Shown here: positions 8,466-17,821 of the stretch, piece after piece
How positions within the stretch are numbered: the first letter of the stretch is position 1
Layout: every line of letters begins with the position of its first letter
Virus record (IMG/VR): IMGVR_UViG_3300032024_000049
Location: 1-43,137 of that record
Reading direction: 5' to 3' (one strand)
Source of the DNA: a virus
Lineage: Duplodnaviria; Caudoviricetes
Length of the DNA stretch: 43,137 bases
The notes under the pieces: generated by a model
Seen by the model: only the letters and a program-made list of their open reading frames with translations
Database searches by the model: none
Told to the model about the DNA's origin: nothing
Translations under genes and position numbers: made by a program

Positions 8466-9593
8466 ATGGGCTTTCAAAAACAAGTTAACCTGACTCCTGC
8501 GCCCGCGGTAGCCGGGGACTTTGCATCATCCAATCCGCGGGCAACTGTCCTTGCCGGTCCTGGCGGCCTTGTTGCGGGGGCGCTTGGCGTCACCGTTGGC
8601 AAGTTCGCTTGGGTCGATGACGACGGTTCCACCGTCCAAAGTTTTGGCACCGCAACCAAGGCCCCGCAAGGCTTTGTTCACCGCGAACAGCAAGCACTTA
8701 TCCAAGTGTACCTTGCTGAATCCGGCATGAACATTCCCCAAGGCTTCCCGGTTGTCCTGCACAATGAGGGCGATTTTTGGGCGAAGCTGGCCGGCGACAA
8801 TGCTGCAACCATCGGCGCCGCTATTTATGCGGACTACTCAAACGGCGACGTTTGCGCGGTAGCGGCTCCGGCCGGCGCTTCGGTCACTGGCCTGATGGGT
8901 TCGACCAACACCGCCGCACTTGGCGCAACCTTCACGGCCAGCGCCGACACTGACGCGACCCGCCTGGTTGTAACCAGCGTAACCGGCCTTATCTCCGTTG
9001 GCGACGCGGTAAGCGGCTCCGGCATTCCTTCGGGCGCCGTGGTTGCTTCGCAACTGAGCGGCACCGCTGGCGGCGCTGGTACTTACCAACTGTCCGCGGC
9101 CAACACCACCAGCGCGGCAACCGTTACGGCCTTCGGCAAGACCATGAAGACCACGTCGACCACCGGCCTTATCTCCGTTGGCGACACCGTGAGCGGCGGC
9201 GCTGGCTTCCCGGTTGGTGCGACCGTTGTTGCTCAAGTGAGCGGCACCCCCGGCGGCGCTGGCGTCTATACGCTGAGTGCCAACGGTTCCGCTTACACGG
9301 CCAGCGCGACCGGCGTTACCACCTTCGGCAATGTCTTGGACGTTACCGCGGTCGGCTCCGGCGTGCTGGAAGTTGGCGACGCGGTAAGCGGCTCCGGCAT
9401 TCCTTCGGGCGCCGTGGTTGCTTCGCAACTGAGCGGCACCGCTGGCGGCGTGGGCGTCTACACGCTGGATACGCGGGCAACGGCTTACGCCGCTTCTACC
9501 ACCGTTACCGCTGTCGGTGGCGTGCTGACTGCCTTTAAGGCACAATCGGCCGCTGCTGTTGGCGAACTTGTCAAAATTTCCACCTGGGGGTAA
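8466..9593 (+). CDS. Head decoration/cement protein with inserted repeated beta modules
   Basis: GFQKQVN...AGDFASSNPR...FVHREQQALI N-terminus; ends GELVKISTWG; precedes the capsid gene. Confidence 0.8.
   Translation: MGFQKQVNLTPAPAVAGDFASSNPRATVLAGPGGLVAGALGVTVGKFAWVDDDGSTVQSFGTATKAPQGFVHREQQALIQVYLAESGMNIPQGFPVVLHNEGDFWAKLAGDNAATIGAAIYADYSNGDVCAVAAPAGASVTGLMGSTNTAALGATFTASADTDATRLVVTSVTGLISVGDAVSGSGIPSGAVVASQLSGTAGGAGTYQLSAANTTSAATVTAFGKTMKTTSTTGLISVGDTVSGGAGFPVGATVVAQVSGTPGGAGVYTLSANGSAYTASATGVTTFGNVLDVTAVGSGVLEVGDAVSGSGIPSGAVVASQLSGTAGGVGVYTLDTRATAYAASTTVTAVGGVLTAFKAQSAAAVGELVKISTWG
8997..9450 (+). repeat. 79-bp perfect direct repeat (8997-9075 and 9372-9450)
   Basis: Both copies encode VGDAVSGSGIPSGAVVASQLSGTAGG. 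Confidence 0.9.
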
Positions 9594-9596
9594 ACC

Positions 9597-10634
9597 ATGA
9601 ATCCGATTCTCCAAGCACTGATGGAACGGGCGGGGGTCCATTTCATGGGCCAACCCTCGCTTGACTTCCAAGCGGCAAACGTGGCGCACAACATGAACGT
9701 CGCCATGGACGCCCAACCCGCCCTTATCACCACCAGCAATGCCGGTATTCCGGCGTTCCTCTCCACCTACGTCGACCCGAAACTGATTGAAATTTTGGTT
9801 TCCCCGATGAAGGCGGCCGAGGTCGTCGGCGGCGAAGTGAAAAAGGGCGATTGGACCACCGAAACGGCAATGTTCCCGGTTGTGGAATCCACGGGCGAAA
9901 CTTCGTCCTATGGCGACTACTCCGAAAACGGAAGTGTCGGCGTCAACTCCAACTTCCCGCAACGCCAAAGCTATCATTACCAAGTGATGACGCAATGGGG
10001 TGAACGCGAACTGGAACGCGCCGGCCTGGCCCGGATTGATTGGGCCAACCGCATGAACATTGCGTCGGTTCTGACGCTCAACAAGTTCCAAAACAAAACG
10101 TACTTCTTCGGCGTTGCTGGCCTGCAAAACTATGGTCTGTTGAACGACCCGAACCTGTCCGCCGCCATCGTACCGACCACCAAGGTCGCGGGCGGTACGG
10201 GCTGGGCTGGTGCTACGGGCCTTGAGGTTGTTGCCGATATTGCCAAGCTCTACAAACAGGCTCAAACGCAAGCAGGCGGCCAGATCGACTTGAGCACAAA
10301 GATGACTTTGGCTATGTCTCCGGTGGCAGAAGCTGACGGGATGATTAAACCGTCACTGTACATGAACACCAACGTTCGAGAATATCTCAAGACGCTGTAC
10401 CCGAACATGACGATCAAGACCGCGCCGGAGTACACCACCGCGTCCGGGGAACTGGTGCAACTGATCGTGGACGAAGTGGAAGGCCAGCGCACGGCCGACA
10501 CCGCCTTTACGGAAAAACTCCGGGCGCATCCCATTGTCGTGCAATCTTCCAGCTTCAAGCAGAAGAAGTCGCAAGGGACTTGGGGCACCGTGATTTTCCG
10601 GCCGGCATTTATTGCTCAGATGTTGGGCGTGTAA
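9597..10634 (+). CDS. Major capsid protein (DUF2184-like)
   Basis: 345 aa; E.KKGDW, YGDY, YFFGVAGLQNYGLLNDPNL motifs; followed by a terminator. Confidence 0.92.
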   Translation: MNPILQALMERAGVHFMGQPSLDFQAANVAHNMNVAMDAQPALITTSNAGIPAFLSTYVDPKLIEILVSPMKAAEVVGGEVKKGDWTTETAMFPVVESTGETSSYGDYSENGSVGVNSNFPQRQSYHYQVMTQWGERELERAGLARIDWANRMNIASVLTLNKFQNKTYFFGVAGLQNYGLLNDPNLSAAIVPTTKVAGGTGWAGATGLEVVADIAKLYKQAQTQAGGQIDLSTKMTLAMSPVAEADGMIKPSLYMNTNVREYLKTLYPNMTIKTAPEYTTASGELVQLIVDEVEGQRTADTAFTEKLRAHPIVVQSSSFKQKKSQGTWGTVIFRPAFIAQMLGV

Positions 10635-10642
10635 CGCAATAC

Positions 10643-10668
10643 CCCGGGGGCTTCGGCTCCCGGGTTTT
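10643..10668 (+). terminator. Intrinsic terminator after the capsid gene
   Basis: CCCGGGGG-C(TTCG)G-CTCCCGGG-TTTT. Confidence 0.85.
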
Positions 10669-10692
10669 CCACCAAACAAGGAGAGTTTGAAC

Positions 10693-11040
10693 ATGGCTGC
10701 AAAAATCGTCGTAGTGGGTTGCAAACTGCCCCACGGTATCACCATCGAACACCCCATGGACCCGAGCAAAACGGTCGAACTCAAGGGCAAAAACAAAGCC
10801 TTGATTATCGGCGCCGAGTACGGCACGACCGAAGTTGACGGGGACTTTTTCGAGCAATGGGCCGCCGTGAATAAGGAATTCCCGGCCGTCAAGTCCGGCG
10901 CCATCTTCGTCGCCAAGAGCGCAACGGACGCCGCTGCAATGGCTGCCGAATTCAAGGACCGCAAAACCGGCTTTGAAGCCATGCGTACCGACGGCAAGGA
11001 CGACCGCGCCGCTGGCGTCAAGACTGCCAAGGAAGATTGA
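10693..11040 (+). CDS. Virion assembly protein
   Basis: AGGAG RBS; VVGCKLPHG motif; position after the capsid gene. Confidence 0.75.
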   Translation: MAAKIVVVGCKLPHGITIEHPMDPSKTVELKGKNKALIIGAEYGTTEVDGDFFEQWAAVNKEFPAVKSGAIFVAKSATDAAAMAAEFKDRKTGFEAMRTDGKDDRAAGVKTAKED

Positions 11041-11042
11041 CC

Positions 11043-11441
11043 ATGCCCGCCGTAATCTTCGACCCTGTGGCGTTCAAAGCGCGCTATCCGGAGTTTGCGG
11101 CGGTTGCCGACCTGACCTTGGGGGCCTGCTTTACGGAAGCGGGCCTTTATTTGTCCAACGCGAATAATTCGCCCGTGCAGAATGTCACACGGCGGGCGCT
11201 GCTTTTGAACATGTTGACCGCGCATATCGCCTTCATTGGCGGAAAACTGGCCGCGGACGGCATGCCGCGCCCCGTTGGGCGCCTTTCGCAAGCTGGGGAA
11301 GGTAGCGTATCGGCCGCGTTTGAAGGGCCGCCCCCGGGCTCCGCGCAATGGTTCCAGCAATCGCAGTATGGCGCCGCCTTCTGGCAGGCGACAAGCAGCT
11401 TGCGCGGCTTCCGTTACCTGGCACAGCCGACGAGGTATTGA
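11043..11441 (+). CDS. Head-tail adaptor (DUF4054-like)
   Basis: FKARYPEF...LTAHIA...EGSVS...QSQYG..FW motifs. Confidence 0.85.
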   Translation: MPAVIFDPVAFKARYPEFAAVADLTLGACFTEAGLYLSNANNSPVQNVTRRALLLNMLTAHIAFIGGKLAADGMPRPVGRLSQAGEGSVSAAFEGPPPGSAQWFQQSQYGAAFWQATSSLRGFRYLAQPTRY

Positions 11442-11443
11442 CC

Positions 11444-12007
11444 GTGGCCGACCACGTCCTACACGGCGCCGACGGGGTATCCAAAGCCCTGGAAGAAATC
11501 GCCCGCAAGATGGGCGGCGGCGAAGTGGCGGTCGGCTTCCCGGCAGGCGACGCCTATGGTGACGGAACGCCAGTTGCAGCAGCCGCGTTTTGGAACGAAT
11601 TCGGAACATCAACGATTCCGCCGCGCCCGTTCTTTCGCCCAATGATCGCCAAAGAGTCGGCCACTTGGGCACCGAAAATGGCAGCATGGGCGAAAAGGTT
11701 CGATTACGATGGCCCTAAAGTTCTGGCATGGTTGGGGGAAGATATTGCATGGGCGTTGCGTCAATCAATTATCGACGTCAACAGTCCAGCGCTTTCCCCG
11801 ATAACCTTGATGCTGCGGTCGATGGTTGGTAACAAGCCGGAATTGATAACCGGCAAAATGGTCGGCGAAGCTGCGGCGAAAGTCGCCAAGGGCGAACAGG
11901 GCGCATCGGGCACGCAAGCTAAACCGTTGAACTGGACCGGCACGATGATGCGGGCGCCGGCCTATAGCGTCAATGGCGGCGCGTTCACTAAAGTAGCGGG
12001 AGGTTAA
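11444..12007 (+). CDS. Neck/tail completion protein
   Basis: GAGG RBS with GTG start; NEFGT..IPPRPFFR and KPLNWTG motifs. Confidence 0.8.
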   Translation: MADHVLHGADGVSKALEEIARKMGGGEVAVGFPAGDAYGDGTPVAAAAFWNEFGTSTIPPRPFFRPMIAKESATWAPKMAAWAKRFDYDGPKVLAWLGEDIAWALRQSIIDVNSPALSPITLMLRSMVGNKPELITGKMVGEAAAKVAKGEQGASGTQAKPLNWTGTMMRAPAYSVNGGAFTKVAGG

Positions 12008-12034
12008 GACATGATACCGAAAGGAGATGGTTAA

Positions 12035-12424
12035 ATGGACTTGCGCGGCCTCGCCAATAGTGTGACCACCACCGTCAACCCGAATCAAACCGTTACCGTT
12101 TTGCGGTCGACGGGCTTCACCACGGGCGCCGGGGCAAAGCAGGTTCCCAGCTACGCCGCCCCCGTAAGCGGCCCGGCTCAAATTCAAGCCCTCGACGCGG
12201 ACGATATTAAACAGCTTGACGGCCTCAACATTCAAGGCACCATCCGGGCAATCTACTTGCGCGGCACCCTGGCTGGCGTGGTGCGCCCGAATCAAACCGG
12301 CGGCGATTTGGTAACGATTGCCGCCCCCGCGCCCGTAGCTTTGCGCGGCACCTGGCTTGTCGTCAAGGTGCTGGAAAGCTGGCCCGATTGGACAAAAGCT
12401 GCAGTCGTCTTGCAGGGGCAATAA
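12035..12424 (+). CDS. Head-closure/neck protein
   Basis: AGGAG RBS; WLVVKVLESWPDW motif; synteny. Confidence 0.75.
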   Translation: MDLRGLANSVTTTVNPNQTVTVLRSTGFTTGAGAKQVPSYAAPVSGPAQIQALDADDIKQLDGLNIQGTIRAIYLRGTLAGVVRPNQTGGDLVTIAAPAPVALRGTWLVVKVLESWPDWTKAAVVLQGQ

Positions 12425-12946
12425 ATGTATACCAGCAGCATAACCGTCGACCAAGTAATTGACACCCTGGCCGCGTTCCTCGCACCCTTCATGCCTGGGG
12501 CTCAAATCGTCCGCGGGCAAGTGAACCGCGTCGCGTTGCCGTCCAATCCTTGCGCGGTCCTTACTGAAATTTTGCAAGTCGACCTTTCCGTGCCCCATAC
12601 GGATTACCAGCCGCCGGTCGACCCGGCGCCAGCGGACGGAACGGCCACGATTTACGGCCCTTCGCGCATCGACGTTCAAATTGACTTTTACGGAGCCCAA
12701 GCCGGCGAATTCTGCAAGACGGTTAAAACCGCCTTCCGTTCCCATTGGGGCTTTGCCCATTTCCCCGCGGGAATAAAGCCGCTTTACACGTCCGACGGCA
12801 TGCAATCACCATTGACCACGGGGGAACAACAGTATGAAAGCCGTTGGACGTTGACGGCCTCAATGCAATACAATCCGACTGTTACCGTTCCGCAGGAATT
12901 TGCCGACCAAGCTACGCCGAATCAACTTATTCCCGCAGATGTGTAA
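12425..12946 (+). CDS. Tail terminator/neck protein
   Basis: VQIDFYG and QQYESRW motifs; directly precedes the sheath gene. Confidence 0.75.
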   Translation: MYTSSITVDQVIDTLAAFLAPFMPGAQIVRGQVNRVALPSNPCAVLTEILQVDLSVPHTDYQPPVDPAPADGTATIYGPSRIDVQIDFYGAQAGEFCKTVKTAFRSHWGFAHFPAGIKPLYTSDGMQSPLTTGEQQYESRWTLTASMQYNPTVTVPQEFADQATPNQLIPADV

Positions 12947-12968
12947 TTCATTTATTTAACGAGGTGCA

Positions 12969-14450
12969 ATGATGACAATTCCCGCAAGTGATATCGTCGT
13001 AGTCAACCCCGGCGTCGTCGGTTCTGGCGGGAATCCGCTGGCCCTTAACGGCGTCATTCTTTCCACGAATACCCTTTTGCCGACCGCCGCTGTCCGCTCC
13101 TTTGCGAGTCCCGACGCGGTCGAGGCTTTCTTCGGCGCTGCTTCCGCGGAATACGCGATTGCTCAGGTATACTTCTTGGGCTTCGATAATTCCACGATCA
13201 AGCCCGGAACCCTGTATTTCTCGCCCTACGTCAATACGGCCCGCGCCGCGTGGCTGCAATCGGGCAAACTGGCGGCAATGACCCTTACGGACCTGCAAGC
13301 CCTTTCCGGCGTGCTGACCGTTACCATTGACGGCGTGGCGAAAACTTCCAGTTCTATCAACCTTGCAACGGCGACCAGTTTCAGCGACGCCGCAAGGTTG
13401 ATTGATACCGGCTTTGTATCCGGCGACGTTGCTGTGACTTGGGGCGCGGTTAACAGTACGTTCCTCTTCACGTCCCCGACGACCGGCGCTTCTTCGACCA
13501 TTGGCTTTGCAACCGGCACGCTGTCCGCCGGCCTGATGCTGACCAGCGCAACCGGCGCCATTCTGTCCCAAGGTGCGGACGCGGACACGCCGGCCACGGC
13601 AATGGATGCCGTCAAGGCTGCAACTCAGAATTGGGTCGACTTCATGACGATGTTTGAACCCGTGCTTGAAGACAAGGAAGCCTTCGCGGTTTGGACGAAC
13701 GCGCAAAATCAGCGGTTCATGTACGTGTGTTGGGACACCGACGCGCAAGCCATCGTCAACGGTTCGACTACCTGCTTCGGCGCTGTTGCCAAGTCCTTGC
13801 AGTACGACGGCGTCGTGCCGGTCTACAACACCAAGGAGCTTGCCGCGTTCATGCTGGGCACCGTGGCGTCGATTGACTTTAGCCGCCTGAATGGCCGCAT
13901 TACTTCGGCCTTCAAGTCCCAAAGCGGCTTTGTGCCCACTGTGACCGACCAGCAAATTGCGGCCAACCTGTTGGAAAACGGGTATAGCTTCTATGGCTCC
14001 TACGCCACGGCAAACGATCAATTCAACTTCCTCTATAACGGGCAAATGTCCGGCAAATGGAGTTGGGTCGACACCTTCGTGGACCAAGTCTATTTGAACG
14101 CGCAATTCCAATTGGCCTTGCTGTCCCTGCTGACCAGCGTTAAGTCGGTCCCCTACAACGAGTCGGGCTATTCGCTGATTCGTGCGGCCATGATTGACCC
14201 AATCAGCCAGGCGCTTAACTTCGGCAGTATCCGCACCGGCATTACCATGTCGGCGTCGCAAAAGGCCCAAGTGAACCAAGCCGCCGGCCTTGACGTGTCC
14301 ACGATCATTGAGCAGCAAGGCTATTACTTGCAAATCCTTGACCCGGGCGCCCAAGTTCGCGGCAACCGCGGCACGCCGGTAATTAACTTCTGGTACACAG
14401 ACGGCGGCGCCGTGCAGAAGATTACCGTCGCTTCTATCGACATCATGTAA
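12969..14450 (+). CDS. Tail sheath protein (DUF3383-like)
   Basis: IPASDIVVVNPGV start; FG..S.EY..A..YF.GF; ends WYTDGGAVQ. Confidence 0.92.
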   Translation: MMTIPASDIVVVNPGVVGSGGNPLALNGVILSTNTLLPTAAVRSFASPDAVEAFFGAASAEYAIAQVYFLGFDNSTIKPGTLYFSPYVNTARAAWLQSGKLAAMTLTDLQALSGVLTVTIDGVAKTSSSINLATATSFSDAARLIDTGFVSGDVAVTWGAVNSTFLFTSPTTGASSTIGFATGTLSAGLMLTSATGAILSQGADADTPATAMDAVKAATQNWVDFMTMFEPVLEDKEAFAVWTNAQNQRFMYVCWDTDAQAIVNGSTTCFGAVAKSLQYDGVVPVYNTKELAAFMLGTVASIDFSRLNGRITSAFKSQSGFVPTVTDQQIAANLLENGYSFYGSYATANDQFNFLYNGQMSGKWSWVDTFVDQVYLNAQFQLALLSLLTSVKSVPYNESGYSLIRAAMIDPISQALNFGSIRTGITMSASQKAQVNQAAGLDVSTIIEQQGYYLQILDPGAQVRGNRGTPVINFWYTDGGAVQKITVASIDIM

Positions 14451-14459
14451 GGGGCCATC

Positions 14460-14894
14460 ATGGACACCACAATTACCAGCGCGAACAGCGTTTTTACCAT
14501 CGTGGTCGCGGGCTTGTTCCCGGCCCCGGTGCAGCTTCGCGGCTACGCCAGCGACAAGGCTTTCACCACGGAAGCCATTGACCTGGCCGAAGTCCAAATG
14601 GGCGTCGATGGCCGCATGACCGCCGGTTTCATTCCGAACCCGGTCAAGCAAACGATTACGCTGCAGGCGGACAGCCCGAGCAAGGACATTTTCACCGCCA
14701 TGATTCAGGCCATGAAGACGGCGCGGGAAGTGTTTTACATTTCGGGTTCCATCGCTCTACCGTCGACCGGCGAATCCTTCACGCTTACCCGGGGCATTCT
14801 CACGAACGCCAAGCAGATTCCGGACGCGCAAAAGGTTCTACAACCAGTGGATTACATCATCACGTGGGAAAACGTGAACCGCTCCCTGCTGTAA
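14460..14894 (+). CDS. Tail tube protein (DUF3277-like)
   Basis: TITSANS...MGVDG...LQADSPS; follows the sheath gene. Confidence 0.88.
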   Translation: MDTTITSANSVFTIVVAGLFPAPVQLRGYASDKAFTTEAIDLAEVQMGVDGRMTAGFIPNPVKQTITLQADSPSKDIFTAMIQAMKTAREVFYISGSIALPSTGESFTLTRGILTNAKQIPDAQKVLQPVDYIITWENVNRSLL

Positions 14895-15014
14895 CCAGTT
14901 CGCCCCGGGCAAGGTCCACAAGGCCGCGTTGCCCTCTCCCAGCGCACGCCCGGGGCACCAAACACCAAGGAGAATTAGACATATTTGGCACTCTTCGTTA
15001 CGTCACCTTTGTCG

Positions 15015-15269
15015 TCAAATAACAGCGTCTATTTCGGAAGCCAACGCCACCAGAATGTCGCGAAGTTCTCTAAATTTCGGTCGCATGCTACGGGACACCT
15101 TATCCGTCCCCACAGTTCGGTGCATTTCAATTTCGTCGATGACCAGTTTTTCTATTGAAAAGAGTTGACATGAGTCGAGCAAATACCCGCCGACTTCAAA
15201 ATTAACAGTAACATCGGCGACGTTTTCGTTTCTCTTTATATCTAGTGTCAAGTCAACATCAATGTCCAT
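15015..15269 (-). CDS. AT-rich antisense moron gene
   Basis: AGGAG RBS; own promoter at 15299-15327; low GC; inserted in the tail operon. Confidence 0.7.
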   Translation of the reverse strand: MDIDVDLTLDIKRNENVADVTVNFEVGGYLLDSCQLFSIEKLVIDEIEMHRTVGTDKVSRSMRPKFRELRDILVALASEIDAVI

Positions 15270-15298
15270 GTTATATACTCCTGTAAGTAGTAAAACGC

Positions 15299-15327
15299 AT
15301 CTTAGAACTTAATGACAGCTTCGTCAA
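15299..15327 (-). promoter_or_regulatory. Class B promoter/operator
   Basis: Minus strand TTGACG-AAGCTGTCATTAAGTTC(17)-TAAGAT; TGAC-N6-GTCA palindrome. Confidence 0.75.
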
Positions 15328-15351
15328 CAACTTTTCGCAGGAGAGCGAACA

Positions 15352-15810
15352 ATGGCACGCACCGTATCAAATTACACCGTTACCGACGAAGGTCGGGACA
15401 ATGGTAAGGTTTTCGTCCTTACCGAAATGCCCGCCAGCCGGGCGGAATCCTGGGCAATGCGGGCGCTTCTGGCACTCATGGCCGGCGGCGTTGAAGTCCC
15501 GGAAGGCTTTGAGCGCATGGGCATGGCGGCAATGGCCGAAATTGGCATTAAGGCGCTAGCCGGGCTCAAGTGGGAAGTCGCGGAACCGCTGCTTGCTGAA
15601 ATGTGGTCGTGCGTGCAAATCATGCCGGACCCTAGCAAAACGCACCTTGTCCGCAATCTGATTGAAGAAGACATTGAGGAAATCACGACCCGGGTAAAAC
15701 TCCGCGCCGAAGTGTGGAAGCTGCACACGGGTTTTTTGAAGGCCGTCGCCCCCTCAATCTCCGGCGGCTCCCCGGCGGCGGCCCACAAAAAGGCTTCGCG
15801 GAATACTTGA
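15352..15810 (+). CDS. Tail assembly chaperone (gpG-like)
   Basis: GRDNGKVF.LTEMPA..AE.WA.RA motif; lies between tube and tape measure. Confidence 0.85.
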   Translation: MARTVSNYTVTDEGRDNGKVFVLTEMPASRAESWAMRALLALMAGGVEVPEGFERMGMAAMAEIGIKALAGLKWEVAEPLLAEMWSCVQIMPDPSKTHLVRNLIEEDIEEITTRVKLRAEVWKLHTGFLKAVAPSISGGSPAAAHKKASRNT

Positions 15811-15959
15811 ACGTATCGGCGCCGGTTGCGACGTTGCTGTCCAAACGAATGGCAACGCTGCACGAATTGGATACGGTCTATGGGGTCCGGGACGTCTACG
15901 ATATGCTAGAGGTCATAACGATAGACGATTACAATAACGCCTTGGCGAACCGGGAATAA
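15729..15959 (+). CDS. -1 frameshift extension of the tail chaperone (gpGT-like)
   Basis: Slippery G GGT TTT at 15729-15735; the -1 frame stays open to 15959 (ATLHELDTVYGVRDVYDMLE). Confidence 0.75.
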   Translation, partial: GFFEGRRPLNLRRLPGGGPQKGFAEYLNVSAPVATLLSKRMATLHELDTVYGVRDVYDMLEVITIDDYNNALANRE

Positions 15960-15964
15960 TCCAC

Positions 15965-17821
15965 ATGGCTACTATCATCGACAGCTTACTTGTGAAACTT
16001 GGCTTGGATTCTTCGGAATTCGACGCCAAGAAGTCCAAGGTCGACAAGGGCCTTAAGGATACCGGCGGCGAAGCGGACAAGACCGGCGCCAAACTCAAGA
16101 AGAGCGGCAAGGACGGGGCGGAAGGCTTTGAGAATGTAGCCAAGAGCGCCGCCAAATTCCTTGCCCTCATTGGCGGGACAATGGCCGTAAAGCGGTTCAT
16201 TGAAAACCAGATTGAAGCGAATGCCGCCCTTGACCGCTTCGCGCAAAACCTCGACCAAAGTGCAAACAGCATTTCCGCATGGGGCAACGCTGCCGAACTG
16301 GCCGGCGGCTCCGCGGAAGGGCTGCAAGGCACCATGGACATGCTCAGTAAGTCGCAAACGGAATTGCAGCTTACCGGGCAAAGTGGTCTTATCCCCTATT
16401 TCTCCGCGCTTGGCGTGAGCCTGGCCGATACCCAAGGCAAGGCCCGGCCGGTCAATGAGCTATTGCTAGACCTGTCCGACCGTTTCAGCAAAATGGACCG
16501 CACCACCGCCAACAACATGGGGCGGATGATGGGTATTGACCAAGGAACAATGCAACTTTTGCTTAAGGGGCGTTCCGAAGTTGAATTGATGATTGCCCGG
16601 CAAAAGGAGTATGGCGCCGTCACCAAACAGCAGGCCGAAGAAGCCAGCCGCTTGCGTAACGCCATGGTCGCCAGCAAGCAAAGTTTTGAAGCCTTCGGCC
16701 GCGAATTGCTGTCGGCCGCGACGCCCGCGCTGGAAAAAATGTTTGCCATCTTCGCGGACTTCGGTTCATGGATTCAGGAAAATAAGGAGTTCGTCCAAAC
16801 CTTCCTTACCATTCTGGCTGTAGGTCTTGGGGCCGTCGCTGCCGCAATTATTCCTATTAACCTGACAGTGGTCGCCGTGCTGGCCCTGTCCGCTGCAATT
16901 ACCGCCCTGTGGCAAGACTATCAGACGTGGAAGCGCGGGGGCGACAGCTTCATTGATTGGAGCAAATGGGAGCCCGGATTTAAGGCCGCTGGCGCCGCTA
17001 TCAAATGGCTTAAGGATTTGTTGGGCGACATGGTGTACCGCGCAATTGCCGCGGCCGACGTGTTGTCCGCCGTGTTTGAACGCGATTGGAAGCGGGCCAA
17101 GTTCGCCGCCGGGGAGTTCATGAGCGGCAACGGCAAGGCGTATGGCACCGACGATGCTCCGGCGCCCCCTGCTGCCCCCGCTTCGTCCGCTGGTTCCGGT
17201 ACTGTCAATTCAACCGGAAAGAGCGCCGCCGGCGGCACGAGGGAAGAGCAAGCCAGGTTAACCGCACTTGAACAGAAATACGGGCTACCTGCCGGAATTC
17301 TCGATAACGTATGGAAAACCGAATCTGGACGAGGTCGAAATATGACAAGCCCAGCGGGTGCGCAGGGGCATTTTCAATTCATGCCAGCGACCGCTGCGCA
17401 GTATGGTCTAAAAAATCCAAACGACTTTAACGAATCATCCGACGCGGCTGCGCGAATGTACCGTGATTTATTAAAGGCGAACGGCGGTGACGTGAGCAAG
17501 GCGGCTGCCGCGTACAATTGGGGGCAAGGCAACCTTAACCGCAAGGGCATGGGTGCGGCCCCGACCGAAACTCTCAACTATATCAACAAAGTCACGTCCG
17601 GCATAGGTGGCGCATCGCAGGCCGCCGCCGGGGCTGGTGCGGTACAGGTTGCCCAAGCGAACGCCGCCGCGGCACCTGGGGGCGGTTCCAAGAGCGTGGA
17701 AACCCACATTGGCGAAGTCAAGGTCTACACGGCGGCCACGGATGCCAACGGTATCGCCAAGGACATGGGCAAGTCGTTGGATTACCTATTCACCTCGCAG
17801 GCAAATTACGGGCTTATGTGA
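15965..17821 (+). CDS. Tape measure protein with lytic transglycosylase (SLT) domain
   Basis: ATIIDSLLVKLGLD start; ESG...SPAGAQGHFQFMPATA...AAYNWG. Confidence 0.92.
   Translation: MATIIDSLLVKLGLDSSEFDAKKSKVDKGLKDTGGEADKTGAKLKKSGKDGAEGFENVAKSAAKFLALIGGTMAVKRFIENQIEANAALDRFAQNLDQSANSISAWGNAAELAGGSAEGLQGTMDMLSKSQTELQLTGQSGLIPYFSALGVSLADTQGKARPVNELLLDLSDRFSKMDRTTANNMGRMMGIDQGTMQLLLKGRSEVELMIARQKEYGAVTKQQAEEASRLRNAMVASKQSFEAFGRELLSAATPALEKMFAIFADFGSWIQENKEFVQTFLTILAVGLGAVAAAIIPINLTVVAVLALSAAITALWQDYQTWKRGGDSFIDWSKWEPGFKAAGAAIKWLKDLLGDMVYRAIAAADVLSAVFERDWKRAKFAAGEFMSGNGKAYGTDDAPAPPAAPASSAGSGTVNSTGKSAAGGTREEQARLTALEQKYGLPAGILDNVWKTESGRGRNMTSPAGAQGHFQFMPATAAQYGLKNPNDFNESSDAAARMYRDLLKANGGDVSKAAAAYNWGQGNLNRKGMGAAPTETLNYINKVTSGIGGASQAAAGAGAVQVAQANAAAAPGGGSKSVETHIGEVKVYTAATDANGIAKDMGKSLDYLFTSQANYGLM

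Noticed and set aside
8997-9450. Diversity-generating retroelement TR/VR pair
   Set aside because: The copies are identical rather than differing at adenines, and no reverse transcriptase is encoded.
8838-14651. Long minus-strand ORFs (477, 444, 346 and 567 aa) opposite structural genes
   Set aside because: Antisense shadows expected from GC-rich codon bias; no RBS or recognisable motifs.
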